From contig CM120640.1 of assembly GCA_051362555.1 (NCBI GenBank), forward strand, positions 16,802,001 to 16,866,000: 64,000 nucleotides of DNA, read 5' to 3'. The notes beneath the pieces were generated by a model. It was not told where the DNA came from. It saw only the letters and a program-made list of their open reading frames with translations, and ran no database searches. Below, piece after piece: positions 25,524 to 39,500 of the stretch; position 1 is the stretch's first letter; the number at the start of each line of letters is the position of its first letter. The position numbers were made by a program, and so were the translations under genes. This DNA is from Lingula anatina (taxonomy: Eukaryota; Animalia; Brachiopoda).

Positions 25524-28500
25524 TTATTTCAATATACTCTCGGCACAGTGAAAGAACCATTCCTTCTTCTCATCTGTTGGTAGAATGTGATGACCATGCT
25601 GAAAGAGAGAAGGATGAAAGTAAAAGTTATGTTCAAATATGAAACAGAAATGCCAGAGTATTAAAGCCTTCAGGATAATAACAAGATCATTAAAACATTT
25701 AAAATAAATGATACAAGTCAGTTTTTCTTTATTGCTGTACTTGATTCTTTCAATGTGAAATTATTTTTCTGGCACACTATACTGCAGACTGTGTGCGTTC
25801 GTTTCAACTTTTATATATAGTGGTACATCCTTTTATATTGTACTCGAAACAAGTTCTCATCCTGGTATATATACATAACATTCAAGACTCCACCTGTCCT
25901 CATTGTGTCAACTTCAATTGTATATCCTATTGTATAGTACTTACAACAAGTTGTCCAGCTGGTACATCAATATCACACTCCAGGCTAGGCCTGTCTGTGC
26001 TGCTATTTGTACTCTTGCTGCAGTCCAGCCTCACCAAGGTCTTGCTAGATGTCTTCAAAAGTAAAGAAATAAAGACTTATCACCAATATTAACTTGAGGA
26101 GCTCAAATGACTTTATTTCCATTATTTAAAAGAGAACTTATTGCAATGCTGTTCAAAATAGAATTTAATGAGCTTCCCTCAAAATCCTTAACTCTGTCTC
26201 ACCTTATTTTCTATCACAAGTGACACCCTATGATTGCTGGTATAAGAATGGACCAACACATCTCTCGTACTTTTGATCCTGTTGGCCTCACCCTACATAA
26301 AAAACAAAAAATATAAGAAATACATTTGAGGGACAATTTATGAAGAATTACAATATGATAAACCACATGAAGGATAACGCTTATTTATCTTTCCACTTAT
26401 CAGGGATAAGACTTTTTGGCTCCCAAAAGTCAGAATCTGCTAATTGTTGGGAAAATCTTATTACTGTTGTGAGCACCAACACCACCCAAAAAGTCGGAAA
26501 TCCACCATTAGTTGGAAAAATCTCACCCCCTACTTAAACCTCTAGGGGTGTCATTGGGAAAGCAAGGTTGAAAGAATATGGCAAAATCAAAACTTTTGTA
26601 AAAAATAAAGTTCTCACAGATGGGCACGAGTATCAATCTACCTTGCTGACAACAGATTGGCAGACAGCTGAATTTAATGCAGAACCTCCATCTTTGATAC
26701 CAGTCACTTTGAGCTCTGCATCTGAGCAGTCCTCTGTGTATACTTCCATCAAAAAGGGACACGCCTGTTGAGAAGATGAAATCAATTATAAAGATATCTT
26801 TCTCTTTTTATAAGAATTTTTTACATTGTTTTTAACGAATTCATGCAGCAGTATCACTGCTTATTTCACCTTAATTTGAGAACTGATGAATGTTACAATA
26901 CTAATTCACTTACTTTGCCATACTACAGTATTTCCAATTATCAGTGTTACATTCTTCATACTGGCTTTAAAAGAGACTCACCTCATCCAAAATTAACTCC
27001 TTGTTGTATCCCATGCTCTGCAAGGTTACCCACAAGTCCTCCGTATCACCCTCGTTGTCATCTGCTTCCATCTGGTTGAGATCAACAAAGCCTTTTCTGG
27101 TAAGTTCTCCTTTCTTGATTTCAACATTGTCTGAAATTTTTAACATCAACAGCACCTTATTTTGTAAATCCATTTTATTCCACAATTTTGAATTATTTTC
27201 CATGCCATGCACTTACCAAAGACAAAAAGAACAGACAATTAATATCAGCAGTTATTGACTTCGGTTAATTCTCATGTAAGGCCCCATTCAGAATAGGGGA
27301 CTAACTAGTCTGAAGGTCACTATGGCCGACCCATTTGATTACTTCCCCACAGGATATCTATTCGGTGTCTATTAGCAGATTAGACAACAAGCTTAGTAGT
27401 GGGTCACCATATTTCACCCTCGGACTAGTTAGTCCCCTATTCTGAATGGGGACTAATACTTTCATTATAGAATTACCAGCTCACCTTCCACCACCTCCCA
27501 CTCCTCGTCAGCCACCTCCTCACCACTTGTCCTCACGTTATACAAGTTGAACTCACTCCGACTTAGCAATCCATTTCCATCCAGATCAGCCATTTCAAAT
27601 ATGTCAGACAGAACATCCCTGTATAAACGAGCAAACAAACAAAAATAAACAAATAAATGTGCAAACATACTTGAAGGAGCATTCAATGGAAATTTTCAAC
27701 TACAAAGGGACTGAATTTTAATTTTTCTGGTGCCTTGCATGAAAGTGGGCACCCAGAAATATCTGAACAATATGCAACTGATAATTCAGACTAGTTATCT
27801 TCCTTTTTCAAAACAAAAGATCTTAATGTTCTTTTTGATCAAAATTCTTTTTATGGAGTTCAGGTGCAGTTTCTGAAAGTTCTAGTTACTGAATATCTCA
27901 TCTCATCTCAACAGATTGCAGAACAAATATTCAGTCTTTCATTGATAATATCAGGCATAATTATGTGGACATGTGACGTACCTAAATGCTTTGGTCAACA
28001 CATATTTGTCATCCGGGTCCTTCCTGATCAGTTTGGTCTCTGCTTTGGGGGCAGTTTTCCTCTTCCTAAGCCTGCATCCAGTAGTGAAAGGCAGTAAACT
28101 ATACTTGCCTTTTTTCAAATCACATCGCACACAGTATTTCTGAAACAATTAATAAGCATTTCCGTAACTCCAGTATACCTTTCAACCGATAATAAATAAG
28201 TAAATGCAAAAATGCCAATGGAAAGACAACAAATTGTCAGGTAAGGCCATGTGAAGTATTACTTGTAAAATAAGAATTAACCCCTTTCAAAACTGACCCC
28301 TTTGGTATCTCTCTGCTCTGTAAAAGTGACCAGTCTGTGGCCAGCAGAGTCAGGTTTGTCTCTAAGAATGAACAGAGCCGTGTCCACAGGGGGGCCCTTC
28401 CTGTCCTCTGAAAGGAAATGGAGTACCACAATCAGATATCAAGCTCAAAAACATATTACCAAGTAATTCAAATGAATATGGCAAATCTATCATACCAAAT

Positions 28501-31500
28501 ATAATTTACAGGCACATCTATTACAATTAAAAGTCTGACCCAAGAAGGACATATTGGATCACCACTTTGTCCATAATCCTGCAAATCTATGTTGTTATAT
28601 TTTCATACAAATTAATTGTCTTATTACAACTACATGTACAACTAGGAAATTTTTGTGTGAAGAATGGCTTAAAGCGGAATACATAGAAACAACTCACCAT
28701 CTGGATGAAGAACAACTGGTTCTATAGTAAACCAAACACTTGTTTCACAGGTAAGATTGAGCGTGTACTGATGACTAATGATGGATCCATCCTCTTCAAG
28801 GAAGAAACAACCCTTGCTGTGTAACTTGGTCCAGTCCTGCAAAGTATCCAGCTGACATTGAAATAATTTATTCAAATTACAGAGATGTGAAAAGCAACTC
28901 AGAAGAATACTGCAATGCTCTTTTTTTTTTTTTTTTAGCTCTATTCTGCACAAATTTAAAGAAAGACTTAGAAAAACTAGCACCAGTTGGCCAAATATAC
29001 CCCTGCCTAATACTTATTTACTGACTATTAACTGATACCTCGAATTAGCCTTTCATTCCAGACTGCCTAAAGAGAACTAGCTATGAAAACAGAAAAAGGG
29101 ATATGCAAGAATCGGATAACCCAATATTTGTTTATCTCAACTAATGTAAGCTTAAGTGGCCAATTTGCGTGATCTTTTATGTGAGGAGGTAGGATTGGGG
29201 AGAGAATTGATTGACACTTCAGCAGTGTGGCTGTTTTGCAGTTAGCACTCTGTAGGAATTGACATTTTTGTGACACCCCTTTGTGTGTTTATGACAGTTC
29301 AGACACCACTTAGTATAACAACGTCAAGTTACTCATAGATGTTCAGTGATTTTGTGGAGGACATTAAGCTTTCCAGGATAAAAGAAATAATTGACATCCA
29401 CAGAAAGCCAGCAATGTGAGTTTTATCACCGTTTTGTTGTAGAAGTTAGTTTAACTTTCTTAATGCAGTTAAAATTGTTTGTAACACTACATTTTAAGAA
29501 GACTTATTATGTTTTTTTTTTTTTAGTCAGAACCACTGGACTACAAGTACATGCGTATCTGATGCTGGTTACTGAAATAAACATACACAATATTAACCAA
29601 GACTTCATTGTTTTAACTTAAGATCTGTGGGACCTTACAGGATATACACTTACACTTAGTTTCTTTGGCTCTTGCAGTCTGGTCTTCAGATTTGCAACTG
29701 GGGGCATTGTTTTTTCCTCTACTTTCTTAGTTCTTGGTGAGGGTTTAGGTTGGTCTGAAATTGTAAAATTTTGCTCCTGTACATCACTGGCCATTGTATA
29801 AAAATCTAGACTCAGATTTTTCATTAAACATAACATTCAATCTCAGTTCTCACGCCTTCTAATGAAATTTATAATTTCCGAAGAACACTAAATGAAATAA
29901 CTAATTTGAATGAATATATTAAATGATAATAATTAACATAGTATAACGATTTAGTACAATAGTTTGAATTATCATGGAAAAAGTTGCAAATCATAACTGA
30001 AAGTAAAAATTCAGTTTGGTTATATTCACAATGATTGTTAGTAAGAGCATTATTTGATTGTATATTGACTTGCTTGCTGGCAAAGTTAGTGGATGGTTTG
30101 TGCAAACTGGAATGAAAAGCTTTGACAATAGAACGCAATTCCAATATGAAGCTTACAAACATGTCAAAGTCTTAAAGGCAAAGGGTTAAGCATTACACCT
30201 GAAAAGAAATTAACACCAAGAAATGGGTTATTGTGCTTCACCATCACCATCTTCTAAGCTGATAAAACTGTAGGAGTCTGGTGTTTATGCTATCTGTTCT
30301 TCCATTCTATAAGATTTCTATCAATGTTCTACGATCATTCTATGATTCAAAGCAGTTTTTGCCAAAAGGGTCTTTTTGCAAATGGTGTGGGTACACACAG
30401 GGATTTTTTTTTTTTCAAAATGCAAATAGGCTTTTGACCTGCAATGAATTCTGGTCTTAATACGGCCAAAAAGATTATAGAAATAATTCCATTAGTTATC
30501 TTAATTAAACTCATTTTATCCATCTCTGTAAATTAAAAAATGTGTTAAATTTATAGAAGTTTTGTGAAGTAGAGCTTCTGTCATTCAACTCTCTAATCAA
30601 ATCTCCACACGAGTTTTTTTTAGTTAAAAAACTGAACTTAAATCAAGCATCTCTCTGAACAAACTTCCATGCAAAAATCAATTCTTTTAGTTATAAAATC
30701 CACAGATTATTTGAAAGAAAAAAGATTATGCAACATATCAGTGATTATAATTCACATATCAACCTGCATGCATTATTTCTATCAGATGAAATTATGAGCA
30801 TGTCATTAGCAAGAATGTTATCAATGTGCACAATAATATGCCAGTCTCTTATCATATCAGAAATTCAATATATATATATCAGTTTATAATCATGGAAATG
30901 TGCAATTGATTTTGTGCACATAAGTTATCCTATCTGTTTCTAGGCATGCAATTCATCAAAGGGGTTCAGAAACTGTGTAAGCAAGATGGTCATTGGAAAA
31001 AAAAACTGAGACAGAAAAAAGTAAAAAAAACTGTTAATGTTATGAAGAGAAAACTAAGGCAAAGTATAAGACAGAAAACTAAAGCCAATGTGGTTAGATA
31101 ATCTTGTGGAGGGTAAGCCACATGAGGTACGGAGCACAACCCACAGAAAGGTAACTGGATTGACCGAGTGATAGCATAGGGCCAGTTTTTACTGTGCTGA
31201 TATCATTTGTAATGTGTTACTAAAATTTATCTCAGAATTAAGCGCCTTGTTCCAACTGCTTAGGTGCATCCCAAAGAAAAGCATGCATTACCTGTCGAGG
31301 GCTCAGAGTCCAACTTAGCCATGTCTAGGCTGAGTTTTCTTGGTTTGGGCTTTGGTGGGGTAACCTTTTTTGATTCTTTAAAAGAGATAATAGTAAAAGA
31401 CATATAAAGACATAGAAAAGAATGAAAAAGTCCTACAGATATGTATCAAAGCTAATGAAAGGAGGGGAAGTTTTAAATTGTGACAATGAATATGATTAAC

Positions 31501-33557
31501 CATTGATTGTCCAATTAGAAGCAAATCTATTTTAGCTGGGACAAACTGTAAGTTACTCTCCTGAGAGAACGAATGCATAATATGTTGCCTATGTTAACTA
31601 ACAAGCCTAAAACAAAATAAACTTATTGAGAGGTACAGCATGAAAAGAAAAGTAGAGAACAGAGTTAAGAAAGCTCAGTTTGAGATGCAGAGAAAAAAAA
31701 ATCTTCAGTAAATCTCTTTAGTTTTCTGAAAGAATTAATTAAAATATACTGTCATCTCTACAATGGGGTAAAATGGATGATCACAATTATAAATTAATAT
31801 TTTCAAAAAGTGATCATATTATGGAAGCTTCCACATATAGCTTCTTTTTTATAGTTTACGATTTTGGCTTCAAATTCTGTTCTCTAACCTAACTGCCTCA
31901 TGCGAAATATTTTATTTTCTAGGTCCACCTTCAAAGAAAATTTCAAAAACTTTGAAATTTGCTTTAAAACAGTTTATAAAACAGTTTAAACTTTTTCAGT
32001 ATTTAAGCCAAAGTTACATACTGGGGGTAAGAGTTAGGAATTCTATGATTCTGACAACAGGTATGTAAAATTGAAACTTTTCCAAATTTCAAAATTTAAA
32101 AGAAAGCTGCTTACGCTTTCCAGGCACTACAATGTCACAGTTGTCTGAATCTTCAGAGTAGCCTGCCTCACTGACACCTAAAGAGAACACACCCTAATGC
32201 TACATTACTCTTTTCTCAAGTAAATGCCTTAAAACACAAGATAAGTTTGTCTGACAAATGTTGATAAAGAATTGGTTTTCATGGTCATTCCTAAATATAA
32301 AACTTAACTTCTGACAAAGGCGTAAACAGGGTCTGCTCTATAACATGAACCTGAGACACACTGTTTCAAATTTAAAATGATTAAAAAACCAGAAGCTGGT
32401 TTGGATACTCAAGAAAACATACATTTGTCTGACAAACTATGAAATAAATTAAAATAAATATTTTATAGACATCTATATTTCCAATTCAGATTGTGAATTT
32501 GAACCATAGCAGAAAAGCTACCTAATATTTCAAAAAAATTATCAAGTGCAGTAAAAATTTATTAGTCCCACTCATGAAAAGTGATACAGCACTTTGTTAA
32601 AGCTTATATAATCCAAAAGCCTGCAAGACCCACTTTCAAAAACAAACAAGTGAAATATTCATAGAACAAAGTAAGCAAAATTGTTAGGCATTAGAAAGAA
32701 ATAAAAGGGTAAACCTGAATACCATATTAGATGGATTTTAATACAATGAATACATCTAATATTGCGATATACATTTTGACATTTTCAAGCATAAAAAAAG
32801 TGGGAAGTTACTTCTTTTAACTACTTCTCTAAGCACAAAAAAACCTCAAAGCCAATTCATTGGATCAATTCAGAATTTAAGCCTTCTAAGTGGCTGTAAA
32901 TTTCTAAGACTACTATCCAAATTGTACAAAATAAAAACAGTAAGAAAATCCAAACTTTCTTGACACAACAAAAACAATCAATTTGTGTCTGTTAAATTCT
33001 GGCCTACCAAATAAAGAACTACGTAAGTCATGCAAGATAGCTATTAATAATCTTTGCTATAGCTCATGCAAAACTAGCCTCCCGCAACAGCAGCTGTGCC
33101 TAAAACGACCTAACCTTGACTTGGTCTCTCTATAGCTGCCTTTATAGGTTTTGATTTTAAAGGGGAACTGTCTGGCCTCGTATTTTTAACATTCTTGGTT
33201 CCTACAGAAAAAACAGAATCAGAAAAATAGGAAGTGATGAAAAGAAAAAAACACCAGGAGAACGTTCATTTGCGAAAAGAGCACAACCAAACACTGTTAT
33301 AGATGGCAGAGTAATATGAAACACTGAAGCGAAATATGTTGGCAATTAGACATTTTGCTGTTCAGAACATACTGAACCCTGCAATATTCCAGGATCATTT
33401 TCGCTTTTTTTAAATATATATTCCAACTTCTGCATCATCCACATAGCAAAACAGATAGCAAAAGAAAGCAACACCAGTGTTGGCAGTAATCCTTGAAAGC
33501 TGCAATATACAATAAAACAGTGGCACATGGCAATGGGTGGGAACATATTAACTAGCA

Positions 33558-33594
<37 letters not shown>

Positions 33595-36500
33595 TATCTC
33601 ACACTGTATGGCTCCCTAGAAGTGACATTAAGCAAATGGTGATGGACAGTCTGACAGCCAGTTTAAAACACTCAAGAACTGGCTGCAGTGTAAGGCAAAA
33701 CTCAGATATATACAAACTGCAAAAAAAGCAAAATCAGCAATGTCAAGCAAGATGTTTTCTTACTCTCTGAAGTTTGTTCTGGGTTTTCACCAGCTAAAAC
33801 AAGATATAAAAGTTGATTAATGTCTAAACTCTGTAAGTAAATGTAAATTTATAGGTTGGTTTATGTTCCATTTATGTGAAAATCTGATATTCTTTCTCTC
33901 TGCATACTGCATTAAAAATCCAATACTGATGTGAAAATCATTTTAAAAAGGAAAAAATCTGCATACCAGCTTATAGACTTCCATGACATGACATATGGGT
34001 TCATATATGATTTAAAAAATTTTTCTTACTACTTCGCTTCTCATCTCCTGTTGCACTTCTAAGTGAAGTTTGGGACCCACTTTTCTTGACTAATAGCTTT
34101 TCTTCTATCGAAAATGACAAAATCATATAAAAAATCCGAAAAGTATCCTTCACCTGTCAAGTGACACAAAAATGAAGCAAGCTTTGAAAAAAAGATTTAT
34201 GAAATACTTTTGCCGGTTGATCACTTGTTAACAGCTTTGACTTATATTACAAGTTAAAAAATAATCAGAAAGTGGGAAAAATTCAAGTGGCAATTTCCAC
34301 ATTATTTTCTTACTCTTCTTATCGCCCTTAGCAGACCGTACTGATGCACGTGATCCCATTTCCTTGGAATCCACTTTATCACCATTTGTCACAGATTTAA
34401 GAGAGGTCTGAGACCCCATTCTCTGTGAATCCTCTTTATCACCTATAAAATTGCACATTCATGAATATTCCAAATCAAATTTTAAATGGAAATAAAATAT
34501 AAATAATTACTTTATATATCTTTTTATTTTATGGGCTAATGCTTGGGTTGAAGGATTTGAAAAAAAATATATTTTTCAAAAATTAAAATGGGCACATCTG
34601 ATAGGATCCATTGTAGATCCTTTTAATTTATAGTGTTTATCTTTCAATGCCACATCCTTACTCTTCTTCTCTTCTGATCTAAGTGAAACCTGTAATCCCA
34701 TTTTCTTGGTATTATCATTATCATTTTTTTGACTCAGAGATTTTAAGGAGGTATGGGACCCAATCCTCTTTGAATCCTCTTTATCACCTATAAAATTATA
34801 AATTCCTTATTATTCCAGAAATTCCCTTTGAGTTTTTATGATACCTTTTTTTACCTTTACTAAGTGAGTGAACTATTTCCAAATTAAAAAAAACAACATT
34901 TTTTGAATTTCCCCAAGGTGTAAAAACCAATGCCCCTAACTAAAAATTACACAAAGTGTCTTTGCTCTTTACTTCAAGCTAAGGAGAAGACATCAAAAGC
35001 CAATATCACCATCACCTTATTCATGAATTTTTCTAAACTAAACAACTGCAAATTTTCATCAGGGCCTAGTAATCAATACCTCATCTTAATACTTATTTTT
35101 TTATATTAGTTATCATTAAGTTTAAAAAAAAATGGATTCCTTTTTCTTTTAGTCCTCTTTACTGCCTACAAAATGTTTTCTAAAGTCACAATTTATCATG
35201 CACCAATAAATCAAAAATATTCTCAAATCATTCCCTTACTCTTGACGCCATCCTTAAAAGACGTAAGTGATGCTTGTGATCCTGTGCTGGGTATCTCCTG
35301 GTTCTTATTATCCTCATCTGGCTGTTTCTCAACTTTGGTATTAAATGTATGAAAAACATATAATATACCCTAAGCATTATAATATACCCTAACATATTTC
35401 CAACATATTTTCCACAGTAAGCAGTAGAAAATTAGTAGAACCACATAATGACTGGCTGATAAATAATGATATATATATATATATATACTATCTCACACTG
35501 TATGGCTCCCTAGAAGTGACATTAAGCAAATGGTGATGGACAGTCTGACAGCCAGTTTAAAACACTCAAGAACTGGCTGCAGTGTAAGGCAAAACTCAGA
35601 TATATACAAACTGCAAAAAAAGCAAAATCAGCAATGTCAAGCAAGATGTTTTCTTACTCTCTGAAGTTTGTTCTGGGTTTTCACCAGCTAAAACAAGATA
35701 TAAAAGTTGATTAATGTCTAAACTCTGTAAGTAAATGTAAATTTATAGGTTGGTTTATGTTCCATTTATGTGAAAATCTGATATTCTTTCTCTCTGCATA
35801 CTGCATTAAAAATCCAATACTGATGTGAAAATCATTTTAAAAAGGAAAAAATCTGCATACCAGCTTATAGACTTCCATGACATGACATATGGGTTCATAT
35901 ATGATTTAAAAAATTTTTCTTACTACTTCGCTTCTCATCTCCTGTTGCACTTCTAAGTGAAGTTTGGGACCCACTTTTCTTGACTAATAGCTTTTCTTCT
36001 ATCGAAAATGACAAAATCATATAAAAAATCCGAAAAGTATCCTTCACCTGTCAAGTGACACAAAAATGAAGCAAGCTTTGAAAAAAAGATTTATGAAATA
36101 CTTTTGCCGGTTGATCACTTGTTAACAGCTTTGACTTATATTACAAGTTAAAAAATAATCAGAAAGTGGGAAAAATTCAAGTGGCAATTTCCACATTATT
36201 TTCTTACTCTTCTTATCGCCCTTAGCAGACCGTACTGATGCACGTGATCCCATTTCCTTGGAATCCACTTTATCACCATTTGTCACAGATTTAAGAGAGG
36301 TCTGAGACCCCATTCTCTGTGAATCCTCTTTATCACCTATAAAATTGCACATTCATGAATATTCCAAATCAAATTTTAAATGGAAATAAAATATAAATAA
36401 TTACTTTATATATCTTTTTATTTTATGGGCTAATGCTTGGGTTGAAGGATTTGAAAAAAAATATATTTTTCAAAAATTAAAATGGGCACATCTGATAGGA

Positions 36501-39500
36501 TCCATTGTAGATCCTTTTAATTTATAGTGTTTATCTTTCAATGCCACATCCTTACTCTTCTTCTCTTCTGATCTAAGTGAAACCTGTAATCCCATTTTCT
36601 TGGTATTATCATTATCATTTTTTTGACTCAGAGATTTTAAGGAGGTATGGGACCCAATCCTCTTTGAATCCTCTTTATCACCTATAAAATTATAAATTCC
36701 TTATTATTCCAGAAATTCCCTTTGAGTTTTTATGATACCTTTTTTTACCTTTACTAAGTGAGTGAACTATTTCCAAATTAAAAAAAACAACATTTTTTGA
36801 ATTTCCCCAAGGTGTAAAAACCAATGCCCCTAACTAAAAATTACACAAAGTGTCTTTGCTCTTTACTTCAAGCTAAGGAGAAGACATCAAAAGCCAATAT
36901 CACCATCACCTTATTCATGAATTTTTCTAAACTAAACAACTGCAAATTTTCATCAGGGCCTAGTAATCAATACCTCATCTTAATACTTATTTTTTTATAT
37001 TAGTTATCATTAAGTTTAAAAAAAAATGGATTCCTTTTTCTTTTAGTCCTCTTTACTGCCTACAAAATGTTTTCTAAAGTCACAATTTATCATGCACCAA
37101 TAAATCAAAAATATTCTCAAATCATTCCCTTACTCTTGACGCCATCCTTAAAAGACGTAAGTGATGCTTGTGATCCTGTGCTGGGTATCTCCTGGTTCTT
37201 ATTATCCTCATCTGGCTGTTTCTCAACTTTGGTATTAAATGTATGAAAAACATATAATATACCCTAAGCATTATAATATACCCTAACATATTTCCAACAT
37301 ATTTTCCACAGTAAGCAGTAGAAAATTAGTAGAACCACATAATGACTGGCTGATAAATAATGACATTTTACGTAAGTGCCATTTGCAAACTACACCCCAC
37401 CTTTATTGTTCTAAGAACACAAAGGGAATACATAAAATTTGCAAAAAAAAAAAAAAAAAAAAAAAAAAACATTTTCACATACATTGCATGTTTAATATAC
37501 ATTAAATCATATATAATTGTAAATGTTTGATTGCTGACACCTTCTCTGGGTTTCTCTTGCTCAGAATCTTTTTCAGCTGTACTGCCTTCTGTATGGTTTG
37601 TGTCTTCAACAGACTTTGTCTCTTCTCCTGCAAAATGACGTACATCCACAAAATAATAAAATAATATTAAAGCATATCTTTGACATGATTTTTCCATTTG
37701 TTTTCTGAAAATATAGGTGTTTATTCCTACGTCTTCTCATTAAAACAAATCTTGCAGTTTGATTTACCATGGTATTTGACGAGGGGCACACTCAAAAACA
37801 AAACATGATTACTGATATTTGAGATAAAAATATTCTGTAAGACCAAACACATTTGCATAGTACTAGGGTGAAGATGGTTTTCAGCAGTTTCCTGTTATTG
37901 CTGAAAAGGTAATAAAACTTAACTCACATCGAAGATCATTGCTGCATTTAAACAAGATATAAGTAAAATCTATCGCAATTAATCTTTCTTTGATAGCATA
38001 TCAATAATTCTTCATTTTCTTCAATTGACTGTTTAAAAAGCGACTTTTTTTGATAAAATAAATAAAATTCATTAAGTGTATAAAAATCACAACATTCTAA
38101 GTGTTATGTATTTGAAAAAATAATCAAATGAAAATATAATAAATATATAATATTTTTTAATTGAAAAACACCATAAAGTCCAGAATATTTTAAGGCATCC
38201 ATTTTCTCCATCGGAATAATAAAAAACATAAAGTGCCCATCATAAAGGTTGTTTTGCCTTTTCATATTCTTGAACTGTATTCATACCAGTTTCTTTTTCT
38301 TTCTCCTTCTCTGATGCCATTTGACTTGATTTCTTTGGATTTTTCATTTTTCTCTCGAGCTTCTGTTTGGCTACTTTCTTACATTCTTCCGTGGTTGAGA
38401 GCACCATCTTGCTGAACTGAAAAATTATCACACAAACGGTTACAATTTGAAGAACATTTTCATATTCTTCTAACAAAATCTCAAAGGGACACTCCATGGG
38501 ATTCTCCCACCAAAATAAATTTTCCTGGAGAGCAATTTTCTCCTACTCAAGAATCATTGTCTGACCCCTCCCTGTCAAGCACATTGCCTTGTTTTCTCAC
38601 AAGAAAATGGTGGGTGTTTTGTATTGCAGCCCTGTTGTTTCGAGCTGGCAATGGCTACCCAAGGAAGCTACAGATACATTTTTATCTTAAGTGTTTTACT
38701 GTCCTCATAGCCTGAATAAGGAAATACAAGAAGATTTACGGGACATGAAAATGACTGTGGGGAATTTTCAAATGCATGGAAAGAAATTCTAAATCCATTT
38801 TGGTGGGAATTCCCATGAAGTAGCCCTACAACATGTTAAGAAACAGTGAACCATTTATTAAAAACCAATTTAATTGTCAGTCTAAAATACAGTAAGTTAA
38901 CACTCTTAAATTACAGTACAGCATCAGCCCACTTACCTCTTTGTAGTCCAATTTTCCATCTTTATTTTCATCTACTTCTTCTATCATGGCCTTCACCTCT
39001 GATTCTGTCATCTTTTCTCCTTTCTAATGTGAAATTGGGATAGGAATTATTTTTATTTAATAAGTGAGTGAAATCAAAAAAATCTGTAAAGGGTTTTATC
39101 AGTTACAGTATAAATGCAAAACAGTTTACTAGATTCATTAAAACAACATTTCATAAATACCCACATGTAAAATCTCTAAATATATTTTTCAGGTCCTTTA
39201 TGAAAATTTTCATTCAATTAAAACTTACTGTAGTTAAAACCTTGAGCAATTCTTTGTGTGTTATGAAGCCATCTCCATTTAGGTCAATCTTCTTGAAAGC
39301 TTTCATCAAGTCATCTTCTGATGTGACAGGAATTTTCTCACAAATGTGACAAAAGTCATCAAATGTTAAGGCAGCTGAAAAGCCAAGCATGCACTCTACA
39401 TCCTTTTTTTTCAGAGCAATTTTTCATAATTAAAAAAAAACTTATGCAATACAAATTAAATTTTATTTTCTAAAATGGATTTTTGTCAAGTTATGTATAA

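Noticed and set aside
30241-30258. Possible 6-12-nt EFCAB7 microexon (AAGATGGTGATG)
   Set aside because: The donors are weak (GTGAAG/GTGATG) and the acceptor is ambiguous.
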